The translations under genes and the position numbers were made by a program. A stretch of DNA of 64,000 nucleotides from an uncultured delta proteobacterium (GTDB lineage: Bacteria > Desulfobacterota > Binatia > UBA9968), in contig CAWFJP010000031.1 of NCBI GenBank assembly GCA_963816145.1, positions 320,001-384,000 on the forward strand, read 5' to 3'. A model generated the notes under the pieces. It did no database searches. It was not told the DNA's origin and worked only from the letters and a program-made list of their open reading frames with translations. This document shows positions 29,912 through 40,686 of this stretch, one piece after another. Position 1 is the first letter of the stretch. Each line of letters starts with the position of its first letter.

Positions 29912-30931
29912 ATGGCGAACTATAAGATAATCGATGCCGACGGTCATGTGCGCGAGTCGAACGCCGGTATGCGCGAGTTTCTAGAGCCGCGCTGGCAACG
30001 GCGCAATCTTTTCCCCAACGACGAGTGGGATCGCGACTTGCGCGGTAAGCTCGGTCAGAAGCCGGAGGGCCCGAAAGATCAGCTCGCGGCTATGGACGAA
30101 GACGGTATCGACGTCATGGTGATGTATCCAACGGCGGGGCTGCATGTCTCGGCGCTGCACGAAAAGGATTACGCCACCGCTGTGACCCGGGCTTACAACG
30201 ATTGGCTCTACCACTTTTGCAAAGCCGATACGGCACGCTTGAAGTTCGTCGCGCTGCTGGCGCCGCAGGACCCCAAAGCGGCCGGCGAAGAGTTGGCCCG
30301 CGCCGTCAAAGAGCGTGGCGCGGTGGCCGGCGTGTTGCCGACCTATTTGCCGCAGATGCCGGACTTCGGTGACAGCTTTTACGATCCGATTTACGCCGCC
30401 GCCGAGAGTCTCGGCATCGGTCTGGGATTTCACACCGGTACCTCCGCCGATTCGCTGGGCGGACAGCGCTTTCGCAAGTTTCTTTCGGCCCATACCATCG
30501 ATCATCCGGCCGAGCAGATGATGGCGATGATCGCGACGACTGTCGGCGGTGTGTTCGAGCGTTTTCCCAAGCTCAGCATCGCCTATCTCGAGTCGGGCAT
30601 TGGCTGGGTGCCATATATGATGGACCGGCTCGACGAAGAGGTGGAAAAACGCGGCGGCGACGAAGCGCCGTACCTGACAAAGTTGCCGAGCCAGTACGTC
30701 AAGAGCGGCCGCATCTATTTCGGTGTGGAGTGCGAAGAGAAGACGATTCCCGACGCCATGCGCTGGGGCTTGGAAGACACGATCCTCTATTCGTCCGACT
30801 ACCCGCACTGGGACGGCGACTGGCCGCATACCGTGAAAGGCATCCGCAAGCGTACCGATCTGTCTGACGATGTCAAAAAGAAAATGTTGCATGACAACGT
30901 CGCGCGGTTTTACGGCTTGGAAGAGGCGTAG
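29912..30931 (+). CDS. Amidohydrolase family protein
   Basis: IDADGH, MDEDGID, AYNDWL, GVFERFP, SSDYPH. Confidence 0.92.
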   Translation: MANYKIIDADGHVRESNAGMREFLEPRWQRRNLFPNDEWDRDLRGKLGQKPEGPKDQLAAMDEDGIDVMVMYPTAGLHVSALHEKDYATAVTRAYNDWLYHFCKADTARLKFVALLAPQDPKAAGEELARAVKERGAVAGVLPTYLPQMPDFGDSFYDPIYAAAESLGIGLGFHTGTSADSLGGQRFRKFLSAHTIDHPAEQMMAMIATTVGGVFERFPKLSIAYLESGIGWVPYMMDRLDEEVEKRGGDEAPYLTKLPSQYVKSGRIYFGVECEEKTIPDAMRWGLEDTILYSSDYPHWDGDWPHTVKGIRKRTDLSDDVKKKMLHDNVARFYGLEEA

Positions 30932-30948
30932 TGATACGGGGAGTGGCT

Positions 30949-31024
30949 CACCACGAAGACGCGAAGAGCACGAAGGCCGGAAATTATACGCCCAAGCCTT
31001 CGAGGTCTTCGTGTCTTCGCGGTG
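30949..31024. repeat. Intergenic hairpin repeat (CACCACGAAG family)
   Basis: CACCACGAAG..CACGAAG / CTTCG..CTTCGCGGTG arms; related copy at 40530. Confidence 0.8.
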
Positions 31025-31097
31025 TGATAGGATTGGTATAATCGGTAGTAAACCACGCCGGAATTAACAGTTTCCAGCAAATCTAGGAATCCATCTC

Positions 31098-31865
31098 ATG
31101 GCTAGGCTCAGACATATTGCGTTCATCTCTCCCGACCCGAAGCTGCTCAGCGACTTTTACCAGAAACATTTCGGCTTCGAAGAGATCAAAGTTTTTCCCA
31201 GCACCTCGCGCATGGTGATCGACGGGCTGTTCAATTTAGCGTTCCTCAAGCGGCGCGACAAAGATTCCGAAGTCGTCGGCACGCACCGCACCGACGGCGC
31301 CGAGCTTGAGCGCGAGCCGGGCCTGCATCACTACGGATTTTTGGTCGACGACTTGCAGCGGGCGGTTGCCAAGCTGCCGGCGGCGTTGACGCGGTGCGTG
31401 AGCCCGCAAGTATCCGACGGCGTCGGCGGCCCGGAGGGCGCGCGACCGGCGGAGATGCGCTTCGTCGATCCTTGGGGCAACAATGTCGATCTGTCGTCGC
31501 GCGGCTTTCTCGGCAGGGAAGAGAAGAAACTTCCCGCGGTTCGGCTGGCGGTTGTGTCGGTGCCGGACCCTGATGCTGCGATGGATTTCTATCAATCGCA
31601 GTTCGAGCTTGAATTGCTTGGGCGCGGCAGCGACGGCTCGATTCGCTTGAGCGACGGCACCGTCACTATATTGCTAACCAAGGATCAGTTCCGCGCCAAG
31701 CGCGGCCTTCAATGCTTCGGCATCGAAACGGCCGACCTCACGGCGTTGAAAGAGTCGCTGCATGGCGCCGGCGTGCCGACGATTGAGTCTTCCTTGGGCC
31801 AGCTCCAATTCAAAGACCCCGAAGGTAATCTCGTAATCGTTTCCGAGCGCGGCTGGGCGAACTAG
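31098..31865 (+). CDS. VOC/glyoxalase family protein (two domains)
   Basis: RLRHIAF, GLHHYGF.V, DPWGN, DPEGN. Confidence 0.88.
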   Translation: MARLRHIAFISPDPKLLSDFYQKHFGFEEIKVFPSTSRMVIDGLFNLAFLKRRDKDSEVVGTHRTDGAELEREPGLHHYGFLVDDLQRAVAKLPAALTRCVSPQVSDGVGGPEGARPAEMRFVDPWGNNVDLSSRGFLGREEKKLPAVRLAVVSVPDPDAAMDFYQSQFELELLGRGSDGSIRLSDGTVTILLTKDQFRAKRGLQCFGIETADLTALKESLHGAGVPTIESSLGQLQFKDPEGNLVIVSERGWAN

Positions 31866-31886
31866 GGCGTCAAAAAGGGAGGCCTT

Positions 31887-32195
31887 GTGATCGTCGTCTC
31901 GAACCGAATCCAAGTGGCCAAGGGGCACGAAGCTGATTTTGAAAAGCGTTTCGAAGGACGCGCTCGGCTGGTCGAGAACATGCCGGGGTTCATCCGCCTG
32001 GAAATTCTCCGGCCGGTGAAAAGCGACTATTACGTCGTGCTGACCCACTGGCAAGACGAGGCTTCGTTCCGCAGCTGGGCCGATAGCGCGGAATTCAAAG
32101 AAGCGCATAACAAGCGCCCGCCGGCGGAGATCTTCGCCGGACCGAATGTTTTCGAGATGCACGAGGTAATTCAGCAGGCGGAAAAGCCGCGGTAA
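31887..32195 (+). CDS. Antibiotic biosynthesis monooxygenase (IsdG-like)
   Basis: VSNRI.V..G...FE.RF, PGF, W..S.EF..AH. Confidence 0.85.
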   Translation: MIVVSNRIQVAKGHEADFEKRFEGRARLVENMPGFIRLEILRPVKSDYYVVLTHWQDEASFRSWADSAEFKEAHNKRPPAEIFAGPNVFEMHEVIQQAEKPR

Positions 32196-32213
32196 CTAAC
32201 TTTACTCGGAATA

Positions 32214-32325
32214 TCTCTCGCAAAGGCGCCAAGACCGCAAAGATCGGAGAATTTTAATGAAGATCTTCAGCGAGAATTTTTATCCTCGTTTTTCGAACTT
32301 AGCGTCTTTGCGCCTTTGTGAGAGA
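32214..32325. repeat. Intergenic hairpin repeat (CTCGCAAAGGCGC family)
   Basis: TCTCTCGCAAAGGCGC... / ...GCGCCTTTGTGAGAGA arms. Confidence 0.7.
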
Positions 32326-32378
32326 ATAGCCTAATCCCAGACTCACTAGACATGGTCGATCGATCAGGAGATCGCCGC

Positions 32379-33368
32379 ATGAAAATGTCCGTCAGGTGGA
32401 TCGCTTTACTCGTGCTACTCGTCTCAGCTTACGGAAGCGCGAGCGCTGCGGTGCCGCTCAATCAACTGCTGATCACGTTCGGCAGCTTGAGCGAACGGGA
32501 AACCGTGATCTTCGTCGCCAAAGATTTTGGCATTTTCAACAAGCATGGCTTGGATGTGCGGGCGGTGCATGTGCGCAACGGCGCGGTGGCGCTGTCCGCG
32601 CTGGCCAACGGCGAAGCGCAGTTCTACATGGGCGCGGCGACCGGCTCGACTCTCGGCGCCATCGCCAACGGTATGGATGCGGTGTTCGTGACCAGCTTGA
32701 TTCATACCCTCGAAGGCACCTTCGTGGTCAATCCGGCGATCAAGACGCCGGCCGATTTAAGAGGCAAAAACATCGGCGTTACCAGCATCGGCGGCGGCGT
32801 GTGGATGCGCTCGATGCTGGCTTTCGAATATTGGGGCCTCGAGCCGCAGCGCGACAAGATTGCTTTGCGCGTAGTCGGCGACGAATCGTTGCTCGCCCAG
32901 GCAATGCCCAACAAGGTGATCGACGGCGCTTATTTCAATTACACTTTCGCCGGCGTGCTCGAACGCCAGGGCTTCCGCGTGCTCGCCGACCTTGCCAAAC
33001 TCAAGATCCCGTATCAGAACACCGCCCTGTTGGCGCAGCGTAAATATCTAAACAGCGCTCCCGATACTGTCGAGCGTTTGCTGCGGGCGCTCTCCGACAC
33101 CGTCGCTTTTGTTCTCGACCCGAAAAACAAATCGCTGGTGCTGCAAAGCGTGGCCAAAGGCCTGCGCCTAACGCGCGTTGAAGACGCTGTCGGCGGCTAC
33201 GAACGCCTTGGCAACATGTACCAACGCCGCATCTTCCCCAACGTCGAGGGCATCCGCTCGACGATCCGATTTCTTGGCGCGACCAATGACAAGATTCGCG
33301 CCTTAAAGGCCGAGGACTTGGTGGATGAGCGGTTTGTTAAGAAGTTGGAGCAGGAGGGGCGGTTTTAG
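32379..33368 (+). CDS. ABC substrate-binding protein, NMT1/SsuA-like
   Basis: Signal peptide; GIF.KHGLDV, DLRGK.IGV; AGGAG RBS. Confidence 0.88.
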   Translation: MKMSVRWIALLVLLVSAYGSASAAVPLNQLLITFGSLSERETVIFVAKDFGIFNKHGLDVRAVHVRNGAVALSALANGEAQFYMGAATGSTLGAIANGMDAVFVTSLIHTLEGTFVVNPAIKTPADLRGKNIGVTSIGGGVWMRSMLAFEYWGLEPQRDKIALRVVGDESLLAQAMPNKVIDGAYFNYTFAGVLERQGFRVLADLAKLKIPYQNTALLAQRKYLNSAPDTVERLLRALSDTVAFVLDPKNKSLVLQSVAKGLRLTRVEDAVGGYERLGNMYQRRIFPNVEGIRSTIRFLGATNDKIRALKAEDLVDERFVKKLEQEGRF

Positions 33369-33616
33369 CTCGCATTGTCACCGGCAGAGGTCGAAAGCTG
33401 CAACGATTTCAATTCTGTCGCCGGGTGGGATCGCCGTTCGCCTGGGTTGGGTTGTCCCCAAAATCGCGCAAGGCCTTGCCGTCGCTCGATCTAGCATCGA
33501 TATGGGGAATTGCGCCGGCGTGTTAAGATGGTTTGTGGTACGGCGGTGAAGTTGTCAATAGCGATCATGTGGTTCCAGCATGGGATTCTCGACAATTGGG
33601 CGCGAAGTGCAGCTAT

Positions 33617-34075
33617 ATGAAGTCAGTTGATGACTATTGCAAGATCTTAGGAGTCGATACTAAAGCTACTTCCAAGGAACTGAAAAAAGCTTACAGAGGG
33701 TTGGTTAAGAAATGGCACCCTGATCAATTTTTGCATGATCCTCATCGGCTAAAAAGTGCCAAGGAAAAACTCCAGGAAATCAATGAAGCATACCATGCGC
33801 TGCAGCTGCTCGTTTTAGATCCCAAAAACCGTTTATCGCAGTCCTCTAAGAGGTCGAGTCAACGTAATCCCGCGCCTCCCCGCAAGACGAACGGCCGAAG
33901 TGTAAAAATGTCCAATGCTCCCACCAAATCATTTGTGGACATGCATTTTGCCTCTTGGCGAAAACCTGTGGCCTTGCTGCGGCGCGTGCTCATAGAAACG
34001 GTGAAAGATCCGTGGATAATCACCGTTTTTATCTTGATGCTGACGTTGGCGATCGCCATGGATTGGTTTTACTAA
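33617..34075 (+). CDS. J-domain (DnaJ-type) protein with C-terminal TM
   Basis: DY..ILGV, KKAYR.LVKKWHPD, EINEAY. Confidence 0.85.
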   Translation: MKSVDDYCKILGVDTKATSKELKKAYRGLVKKWHPDQFLHDPHRLKSAKEKLQEINEAYHALQLLVLDPKNRLSQSSKRSSQRNPAPPRKTNGRSVKMSNAPTKSFVDMHFASWRKPVALLRRVLIETVKDPWIITVFILMLTLAIAMDWFY

Positions 34076-34307
34076 GCTAATTAGATCTTCAATATCGATA
34101 TTTCAGCAAAATCATGCTGAGCGTGCGCGACCAATTGCAGAACGGAACGTTGAGAGGTGATTCGTGAATAAAGCGAACCAGAAACCGATCGGCCTATTCA
34201 GGGCAGAACGATTAACAAAAGCATTCAAGCCCGACTACACAGGGTTTGGCAATTCCGTGGCTCCTAATGAGATAAAGAGTGTGGGAAATGCAGGTAGCGA
34301 CGATACG

Positions 34308-34814
34308 CTATCGTGCACGGTCACGGTTCGACCTTCGGAGATACATATGCACTCCAAGGTCGTATAGTGTGTCAATTCTTAGACTTTCGCTTTTCTGATC
34401 ATATTTGACCGTTAATGAGGTAGTATCGTAGACAATAGCAAATTCATCTGCTCGCTTTCGATCTAAATAGTCGCCGAGTACGCGTAACAACGTCGATAAC
34501 TTGTAGGGGTCTGGTATCGCTGTCGGTTGATCGCGTCGCGATCTATTCTCTTCATCCGCTTGAAGAATTTGGGCGGGGCGCAAGTGAATGGGATTTGGAC
34601 TCTGTGTCGTGGAATCGGGAGAGCGCCGAATCTCCTGGGAGACGCTATTTAGAAATGCATGGGTCCGGCTTTTGCCGTTAGCCTCGCCGCGGTGCATCTG
34701 TACGACATATTCATCCCCGCTTTTTTCTACTTCGAAAGAGTCGATACCAAGTCTGGTCAGTTGCTGACCGATTACTCTAAGAGATTGCGCTGTCGTGATA
34801 GTTTCGATTGTCAT
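34308..34814 (-). CDS. Hypothetical protein
   Basis: 168-aa ORF with internally repeated LRV(I/L)G..L.R motif. Confidence 0.65.
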   Translation of the reverse strand: MTIETITTAQSLRVIGQQLTRLGIDSFEVEKSGDEYVVQMHRGEANGKSRTHAFLNSVSQEIRRSPDSTTQSPNPIHLRPAQILQADEENRSRRDQPTAIPDPYKLSTLLRVLGDYLDRKRADEFAIVYDTTSLTVKYDQKSESLRIDTLYDLGVHMYLRRSNRDRAR

Positions 34815-35030
34815 ATTATGGCAATTTTTGGCAACTTAGCACAATTGTCTTGAAATATATAGAAATTTTAAGCCGTTGAATACGATTTTTAGCCAATAAC
34901 GGAAACCTACGCATCTGGAGACTGCCACTATAGAGACCCAATCCGTATCTCGGTCGATTGCCCTGGTCTGGAATTCGTTCGTCTCAGCGTTGGTTCACCC
35001 ATCAGGCGGGTACAACCAGATAGCCAATCG

Positions 35031-35305
35031 AAATATTGAATAGCTCCCAAGGTTCCACTGTGCGGTTGCCCCGGGCGCTCTCCGATACCATCAATTTCGC
35101 TCTCGATCCAGGCTTCGAAGACGTCGTCAGCGGCTACGAACGGCTCGGCAATATGTGCCAACGCTGTATCTTCCCCAACATCGACGGCATTCGCTCGACG
35201 ATCCGCTTCCTCGGCGCGACCAATGAGAAGATTCGCGCGCTGAAGGGTGAGGAGTTGCTTGACGAACGGTTTGTTAAGAAGTTGGAACAGGAGGGATGGT
35301 TTTAA
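35031..35305 (+). pseudogene. Degenerate duplicate of the 3' end of the SBP gene 32379-33368
   Basis: RALSDT..GYERLGNM.QR.IFPN..GIRSTIRFLGATN.KIRALK..DERFVKKLEQEG.F with an internal deletion. Confidence 0.85.
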
Positions 35306-35881
35306 TTCTTGCGCTGTTGCCGACGGTCGGCGCAAAATTCGATTGATAGCAATTGCGAAAACACGGACCAACAAGCGTTGGTTCAGAACAATTGAAAGTT
35401 CAGACCGGTTAACGAAGACCTTAAAGGAGACGCGACTAGGATTGATGATGTCCAACTTCGCACGCCGGGATTGATCCGCAGCGTCTATCAGATCAAGCTG
35501 CGGCAAAGTTAGGGAGCTTTGTTATAAGTGCACAATTAAGATAAACCGAGCTCCTACTTGTTGACTGGGAGGTCGTGATGACACTGACTAGGCCGGCATT
35601 GGTCGTGTCGGACTCATGCACCATAAGGTGACGAACGAGATGATTTTGAGAAAGTTCGATGCCAATCTGATGGAAAGAGATGATGCGAAAAAGCGGCGCA
35701 AAAAGGAACAGGAAGTAAGGGCGCTGCCTAGCTCTGCGCCGTTGGTGTGACAGCTTTATCTTTCGTTAGTGTTTTGGTGAACTCAGATCCTGTTCTGTGA
35801 TGATCTTCAAACTCTCGTTCGTTTAAGTAACAAGCCGCCAAAATGCCGTAGTTTCCTAGCGAATTCAGGAATCGCTGATTA

Positions 35882-36817
35882 GACACCGGACATCTAGCCT
35901 ACGTCCGATCTCAGGGACAGCCGGCCGTTGATTCGGCGGCTTTGGCTGCGGCCTCTGCAGTCCCAAGCGGGAACTGGTCGACGGTTACGGACCGAGCGGC
36001 AATGTTTAATCCCGGCGGCACCAATCCCGGCACTGGAAACAATTATCTCGACAGTCCGAACAATCAAATTAGTCAAAAGAACGTCACACTTGTGAAATAT
36101 GATAACACGTCGGGGGATTTCACCACGTCAGGTGTCAATATCAATAACGCTAACGGCGCTCGAGTAGCATTAGAAAATAGCAACCCGTATGGAGGCGCTG
36201 CTGCAAAATCTATAAAATCACCGCTATTCTTGGCGCCTCTTTTCAATTTGTTCAGCCAAACCACCAAAAACACCACCGATGTGAGTGTCAGCGCCGTTGC
36301 GGTGAACCAGGCGCTTCCGGGTCTACCGATTGTCGCGATCGAGTCTCTCTGTGGCAAAACCGGTGATGTGGAGCTGGATTTCCAATCGGGAGGCAAAAGC
36401 ACGGCCGGTTGGGAAACTTACCAGATAATTAACGCCAGTTCGGATGAAGTTCGCGGGCTCTTTGAGAAACTGCCTTACTGCGCGGGCCAGCCAGCAATCG
36501 ATACCGGCTATTGTGGGAATGTGGCAAACGGCGTGAACGCAACCGTCTTCAATCAGAATCTTAAACCTATGTTCAAGGCCGACCCGTCGCGTTGCTATTT
36601 AATTCCGGTGATACCGAGTGGGGGTAATTTAACTCAGTGCCAAAACATCACAGACTGGGCCAAATTTTGCCCGTCTCAAGGAAACAATACCGCCGACGCA
36701 TTCCCGAGCCAGGGCGTGCTCAAAGGAAGTGTCACTTGTGGCCAGAATCCTTGGACTTCAAGGGATACTCAATGTTACGTGCAGCGTCTGGTTCGCGATA
36801 AATCATCTGGGATGTAG
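35882..36817 (+). pseudogene. TadG-like pilus-associated protein lacking its N-terminus
   Basis: DTGHLAYVRSQGQPAVDSAALAAA Tad-like motif directly after an in-frame stop; Cys-rich C-terminus. Confidence 0.6.
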
Positions 36818-36990
36818 GGTAAGGCAGGCGGAGATTACGTGATGGCTGCCCGCCCCAACAATAAATTGGTCGTACGTTGCGCTTAGCTGTCACTAATGAC
36901 AAGGGCAATCTATTGTTGGCACTCGGTTCACCGATGAGCTGGACAAAGAAGGTTTTCTCGCCCAAGTGTTTGTGGCCGGTGATTAATCCG

Positions 36991-39383
36991 TTATTTCTTC
37001 TGTTTCGCTTTCTCCAACGCGATGGCGAACAGCCCTGTTGGCGCAGGTGCACGACTCTGTGGGCGAGTGGATAGCGGCGCTTGCCTGTCTCTCTGGTTAC
37101 GCGCTGTATTGGGATCTGCTTCCGGTCGTGCTTGGATTGAGCGGGGTGTATCTCCCGGTGCGTCGGACAGGCGCATGGTGAGGGCGATGCGTTGGCGTTT
37201 CACGTCTACATTCCATCACTCTGACTTTGACTATTTGGCCGGGTTTGACGATCTCGTGGGGATCTTTGACGAACTTGTTCGCCAAAGCCGAGACATGGAC
37301 GAGGCCGTCCTGGTGCACGCCGATGTCGACGAAGGCGCCGAAGGCGGCGACGTTGGTAACCACGCCTTCGAGGATCATGCCGGGCTGCAAGTCTGATATC
37401 GACTCGACGCCTTCCTGAAAGGTCGCGGTTTTGAACTCCGGACGCGGATCGCGGCCGGGCTTTTCCAGCTCCGCTAAAATATCTTTGACCGTCGGCACGC
37501 CGAATTTTTCATCGGTGAACTGTTCCGGCTTGAGTTCTTTCAACACCGCGCTTTGGCTCATCACTTCGCCGATCGTTTTGCCACACCGCGCCAAAATCCT
37601 TTCGACCACCGGATAGGCTTCCGGATGAACGGCGGAGCGGTCGAGGGGATTGTCGCCGTCGTTGATGCGTAGAAAGCCGGCGGCTTGTTCGAAGGTCTTG
37701 TCGCCCATGCGCGGCACTTTGGTGAGTGATTTACGGTTGCGAAACGGGCCGTTGCTGTTGCGGAACTTGACGATGTTTTTGGCGAGCAGGCTGTTGAGCC
37801 CCGATACCCGGGTGAGCAGCGGGACCGAGGCGGTGTTGAGATCGACACCGACGGCATTGACGCAGTCTTCGACGGTGGCGTCGAGTCTGCGCGCCAGGGC
37901 GCGTTGATTGACGTCGTGTTGATACTGGCCGACGCCGATCGCTTTGGGCTCGATCTTGACCAACTCGGCGAGTGGATCTTGCAAGCGGCGGGCGATCGAC
38001 ACGGCGCCGCGCAGGCTCACGTCGAGTTCGGGAAATTCAGCGGCGGCCAACGCCGATGCCGAATAAACCGATGCGCCGGCTTCGCTGACGACGATTTTAT
38101 TGACTTTGCGTTCAGGCATTTTCGCGCCGATTAGTTTTATCACCTCGCCGGCGAGCTTGTCGGTTTCGCGGCTGGCTGTGCCGTTGCCGATGGAGATCAA
38201 GTCAACATTATGTTGCACCGTCAGGCGCGCCAAGGTCGCCAGCGCGCCGTCCCAGTCGTTGCGCGGCTGGTGCGGATAGATGGTGGCGGTATCGAGGAGT
38301 TTCCCGGTGGCGTCGACCACCGCGATTTTGCAGCCGGTGCGGATGCCGGGATCGATGCCGAGCACCGCTTTTGGTCCCGCCGGCGCGGCGAGCAGCAGGT
38401 CGTGCAGGTTGCGGCCAAAAATTTTAATCGCTTCGGCTTCGGCGCCTTCGCGCAACTGCATCAGTAGTTCGGTGCTGATGTGCGGGTGCGCTTTGACGCG
38501 CCAGGTCCAGTTGCAAACCTCGGCGAGCCATTTGTCAGCGTGCCGACCACGATCCTCGATGCCAAAATGGCCGGCGATCATGGCGACGCAAGGATGCGGC
38601 ACCAGGGCTTCCTGTTTTTCATCGAGACTGAGATCGATCGCCAACACGCCCAAACTTTGGCCGCGAAACAGCGCGAGAGCCCGGTGCGACGGAATGGTGC
38701 GAATGGTTTCGGAGTAGGCGTAGTAATCGCGAAACTTCTCTTCCTCGGCCATTTCCTTGTCTTTCATCACCTTGGAGGTGACGACGCCCTGCTCCCACAT
38801 GCGCGCGCGCAGCTTCGCCAAGCAGCTCGGCAGTCTCGGCAAAACGCTCGGACAAGATATCACGGGCGCCGTCGAGGGCGGTTTTGATGTCCGGCACGCC
38901 ATTTTCCGCCGCCGCCTTGTTGTTGACATACTTCGCCGCTTCTTCTTGCGGGTCGAGGTTGAGATCGCCGAGCAGCGCGTCGGCCAGTGGCTCAAGGCCG
39001 GCTTCGCGGGCGATTTGCGCTTTGGTGCGGCGTTTAGGTTTGTAGGGCAAATAAATATCTTCCAGCGCTTGTTTGGTGCTGGCGCCTTCGACGGCTTCCC
39101 GCAGCTCGTCGGTAAGCTTGCCCTGCTCCTCGATGGACGCCAGCACCGTCGCGCGGCGGTCTTCCAGCTCGCGCAGGTAGAGCAGCCGCTCTTCAAGATT
39201 GCGCAGTTGGGTGTCGTCAAGATTGCCGGTCGCTTCTTTGCGATAGCGCGCGATGAAGGGCACGGTGGCGCCTTCGTTCAACAACGCCACGGCGGCCGCG
39301 ATTTGATGGGTGCCGACGCTGAGTTCGCTTGCGATCAGTTGAGTAATCTTGTTTTGGGTAGATTCGGAAATGTCTTGGGCCAT
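36991..39383 (-). CDS. tex: Tex family RNA-binding transcription accessory protein (frameshifts near 38822 and 37210)
   Basis: [39 protein letters not shown]1 domain. Confidence 0.92.
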
Positions 39384-39517
39384 GAATTAAACCTTGTGCG
39401 CTGTAGAAATCGAATGAGTATAGCAATGCTGCGCCAAGAATGAAGCGAAAAGAAACAAAAGTCGCGCGATCAATCAAGAAATAAACGACCGTCGACTCGA
39501 AGCCGATTCTCTCATGC

Positions 39518-39601
39518 GTCATTTCGGCGCAAGCCGGAAGCCATCTTCGTATTTGTGGCGTGAAGCGAATCCGGATGGATGCCGGCGTTCGCCGGCATGA
39601 C
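39518..39601. repeat. Palindromic REP/RPE-like element
   Basis: GTCATTTCGGCGCAAGCCGGAA...ATGCCGGCGTTCGCCGGCATGAC; related copy at 42142. Confidence 0.8.
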
Positions 39602-39663
39602 GAACCTTCGTTTCAGCTGAAGTAAATTCTAGAACCGATTGGCCGGACGAACACGTGTTCAAA

Positions 39664-39698
39664 AATTGATAATGGAGAATGGATAATTGAGAATTGGG
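39664..39698. repeat. Heptamer tandem tract AAT(T/G)G(A/G)(T/G) x5
   Basis: AATTGAT AATGGAG AATGGAT AATTGAG AATTGGG; similar tracts at 42026-42054 and 49287-49314. Confidence 0.7.
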
Positions 39699-39763
39699 AT
39701 TCAGGATCGCCCGTCGCCACCCAGTTCCTTGACCTAGCATCGGGTAACACGTAGCCTCGCGGG

Positions 39764-40498
39764 ATGATCGCACAATCGGTTAGAGATGAACTGGCGCCGT
39801 CGGGCACGCTTCGGGTCGGTATCAACTATGGCAATGCGGTGCTGGCGACCAGGGATGCCACGAGCGGTGAGTTGCGCGGCGTGGCGGTGGATCTGGCGCG
39901 GGAACTGGAGCGCCGTTGTGAACTGCCGGTGGAGCTTGTGGCCTTCGAATCGGCCGGGAAAATGACCGCGGCGTTGAAAAGCGGCGCTTGGGATGCGGCG
40001 TTTCTCGCGGTGGAGCCGGGCCGCGCGGGCGAGATCGCTTTCACCGCGCCTTATCTGTTGATCGAAGGCACCTATTTGATCCCGCCGGGCTCGCCGATTC
40101 ATGCCATCGCCGATGTCGACCGCGCCGACGTGCGGGTCGGCGTCTCGACGGGGAGCGCTTACGATTTGTATTTGAGCCGTAACTTGCAGCAGGCGCAAAT
40201 GATCAAGGCGGTGAACCCCAATATGGCGTTTGGTCTGCTGATCGACGGCAAAGTCGATGTGGTCGCCGGCGTGCGCCAGGCGCTGATCGCCAATGCCGCG
40301 AAACTTCCCGGGTCGCGGGTGTTCGACGAACGCTTCATGGCGATCGAGCAAGCGATGGGCATGCCGCATGGGTGTCCAGCCGCCTTGCATTTTTTACGCG
40401 AATTTATCGAAGCGGTAAAAGCCAGCGGTTTTGTCGCCCAGGCGCTCGAACGCGCGGGTATCCGCGGTGTCGCGGTGGCGCCGCCGGCGGTGCTGTAG
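39764..40498 (+). CDS. Amino-acid-type ABC substrate-binding domain protein
   Basis: LAP.G.LRVGIN.GN, GVAVDLA, FT.PY..IEG; no signal peptide. Confidence 0.85.
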   Translation: MIAQSVRDELAPSGTLRVGINYGNAVLATRDATSGELRGVAVDLARELERRCELPVELVAFESAGKMTAALKSGAWDAAFLAVEPGRAGEIAFTAPYLLIEGTYLIPPGSPIHAIADVDRADVRVGVSTGSAYDLYLSRNLQQAQMIKAVNPNMAFGLLIDGKVDVVAGVRQALIANAAKLPGSRVFDERFMAIEQAMGMPHGCPAALHFLREFIEAVKASGFVAQALERAGIRGVAVAPPAVL

Positions 40499-40529
40499 AG
40501 ACGCTTGGATCTTCGGAACTAAAGATATC

Positions 40530-40611
40530 TCACCACGAAGGACACGAAGATCACGAAGTTCGGAATGATTATTATCCGAAACCTTCGTGTCCTTCGTGAG
40601 CTTCGTGGTGA
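40530..40611. repeat. Intergenic hairpin repeat (CACCACGAAG family)
   Basis: TCACCACGAAGGACACGAAGATCACGAAG / CTTCGTGTCCTTCGTGAGCTTCGTGGTGA. Confidence 0.85.
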
Positions 40612-40686
40612 AAACGACTTTTTCTTCTCCTGCGGATCTTTGCTTCCGCACTTATGCGATGCGGTTGGTTGTGATAGACGAAATTC

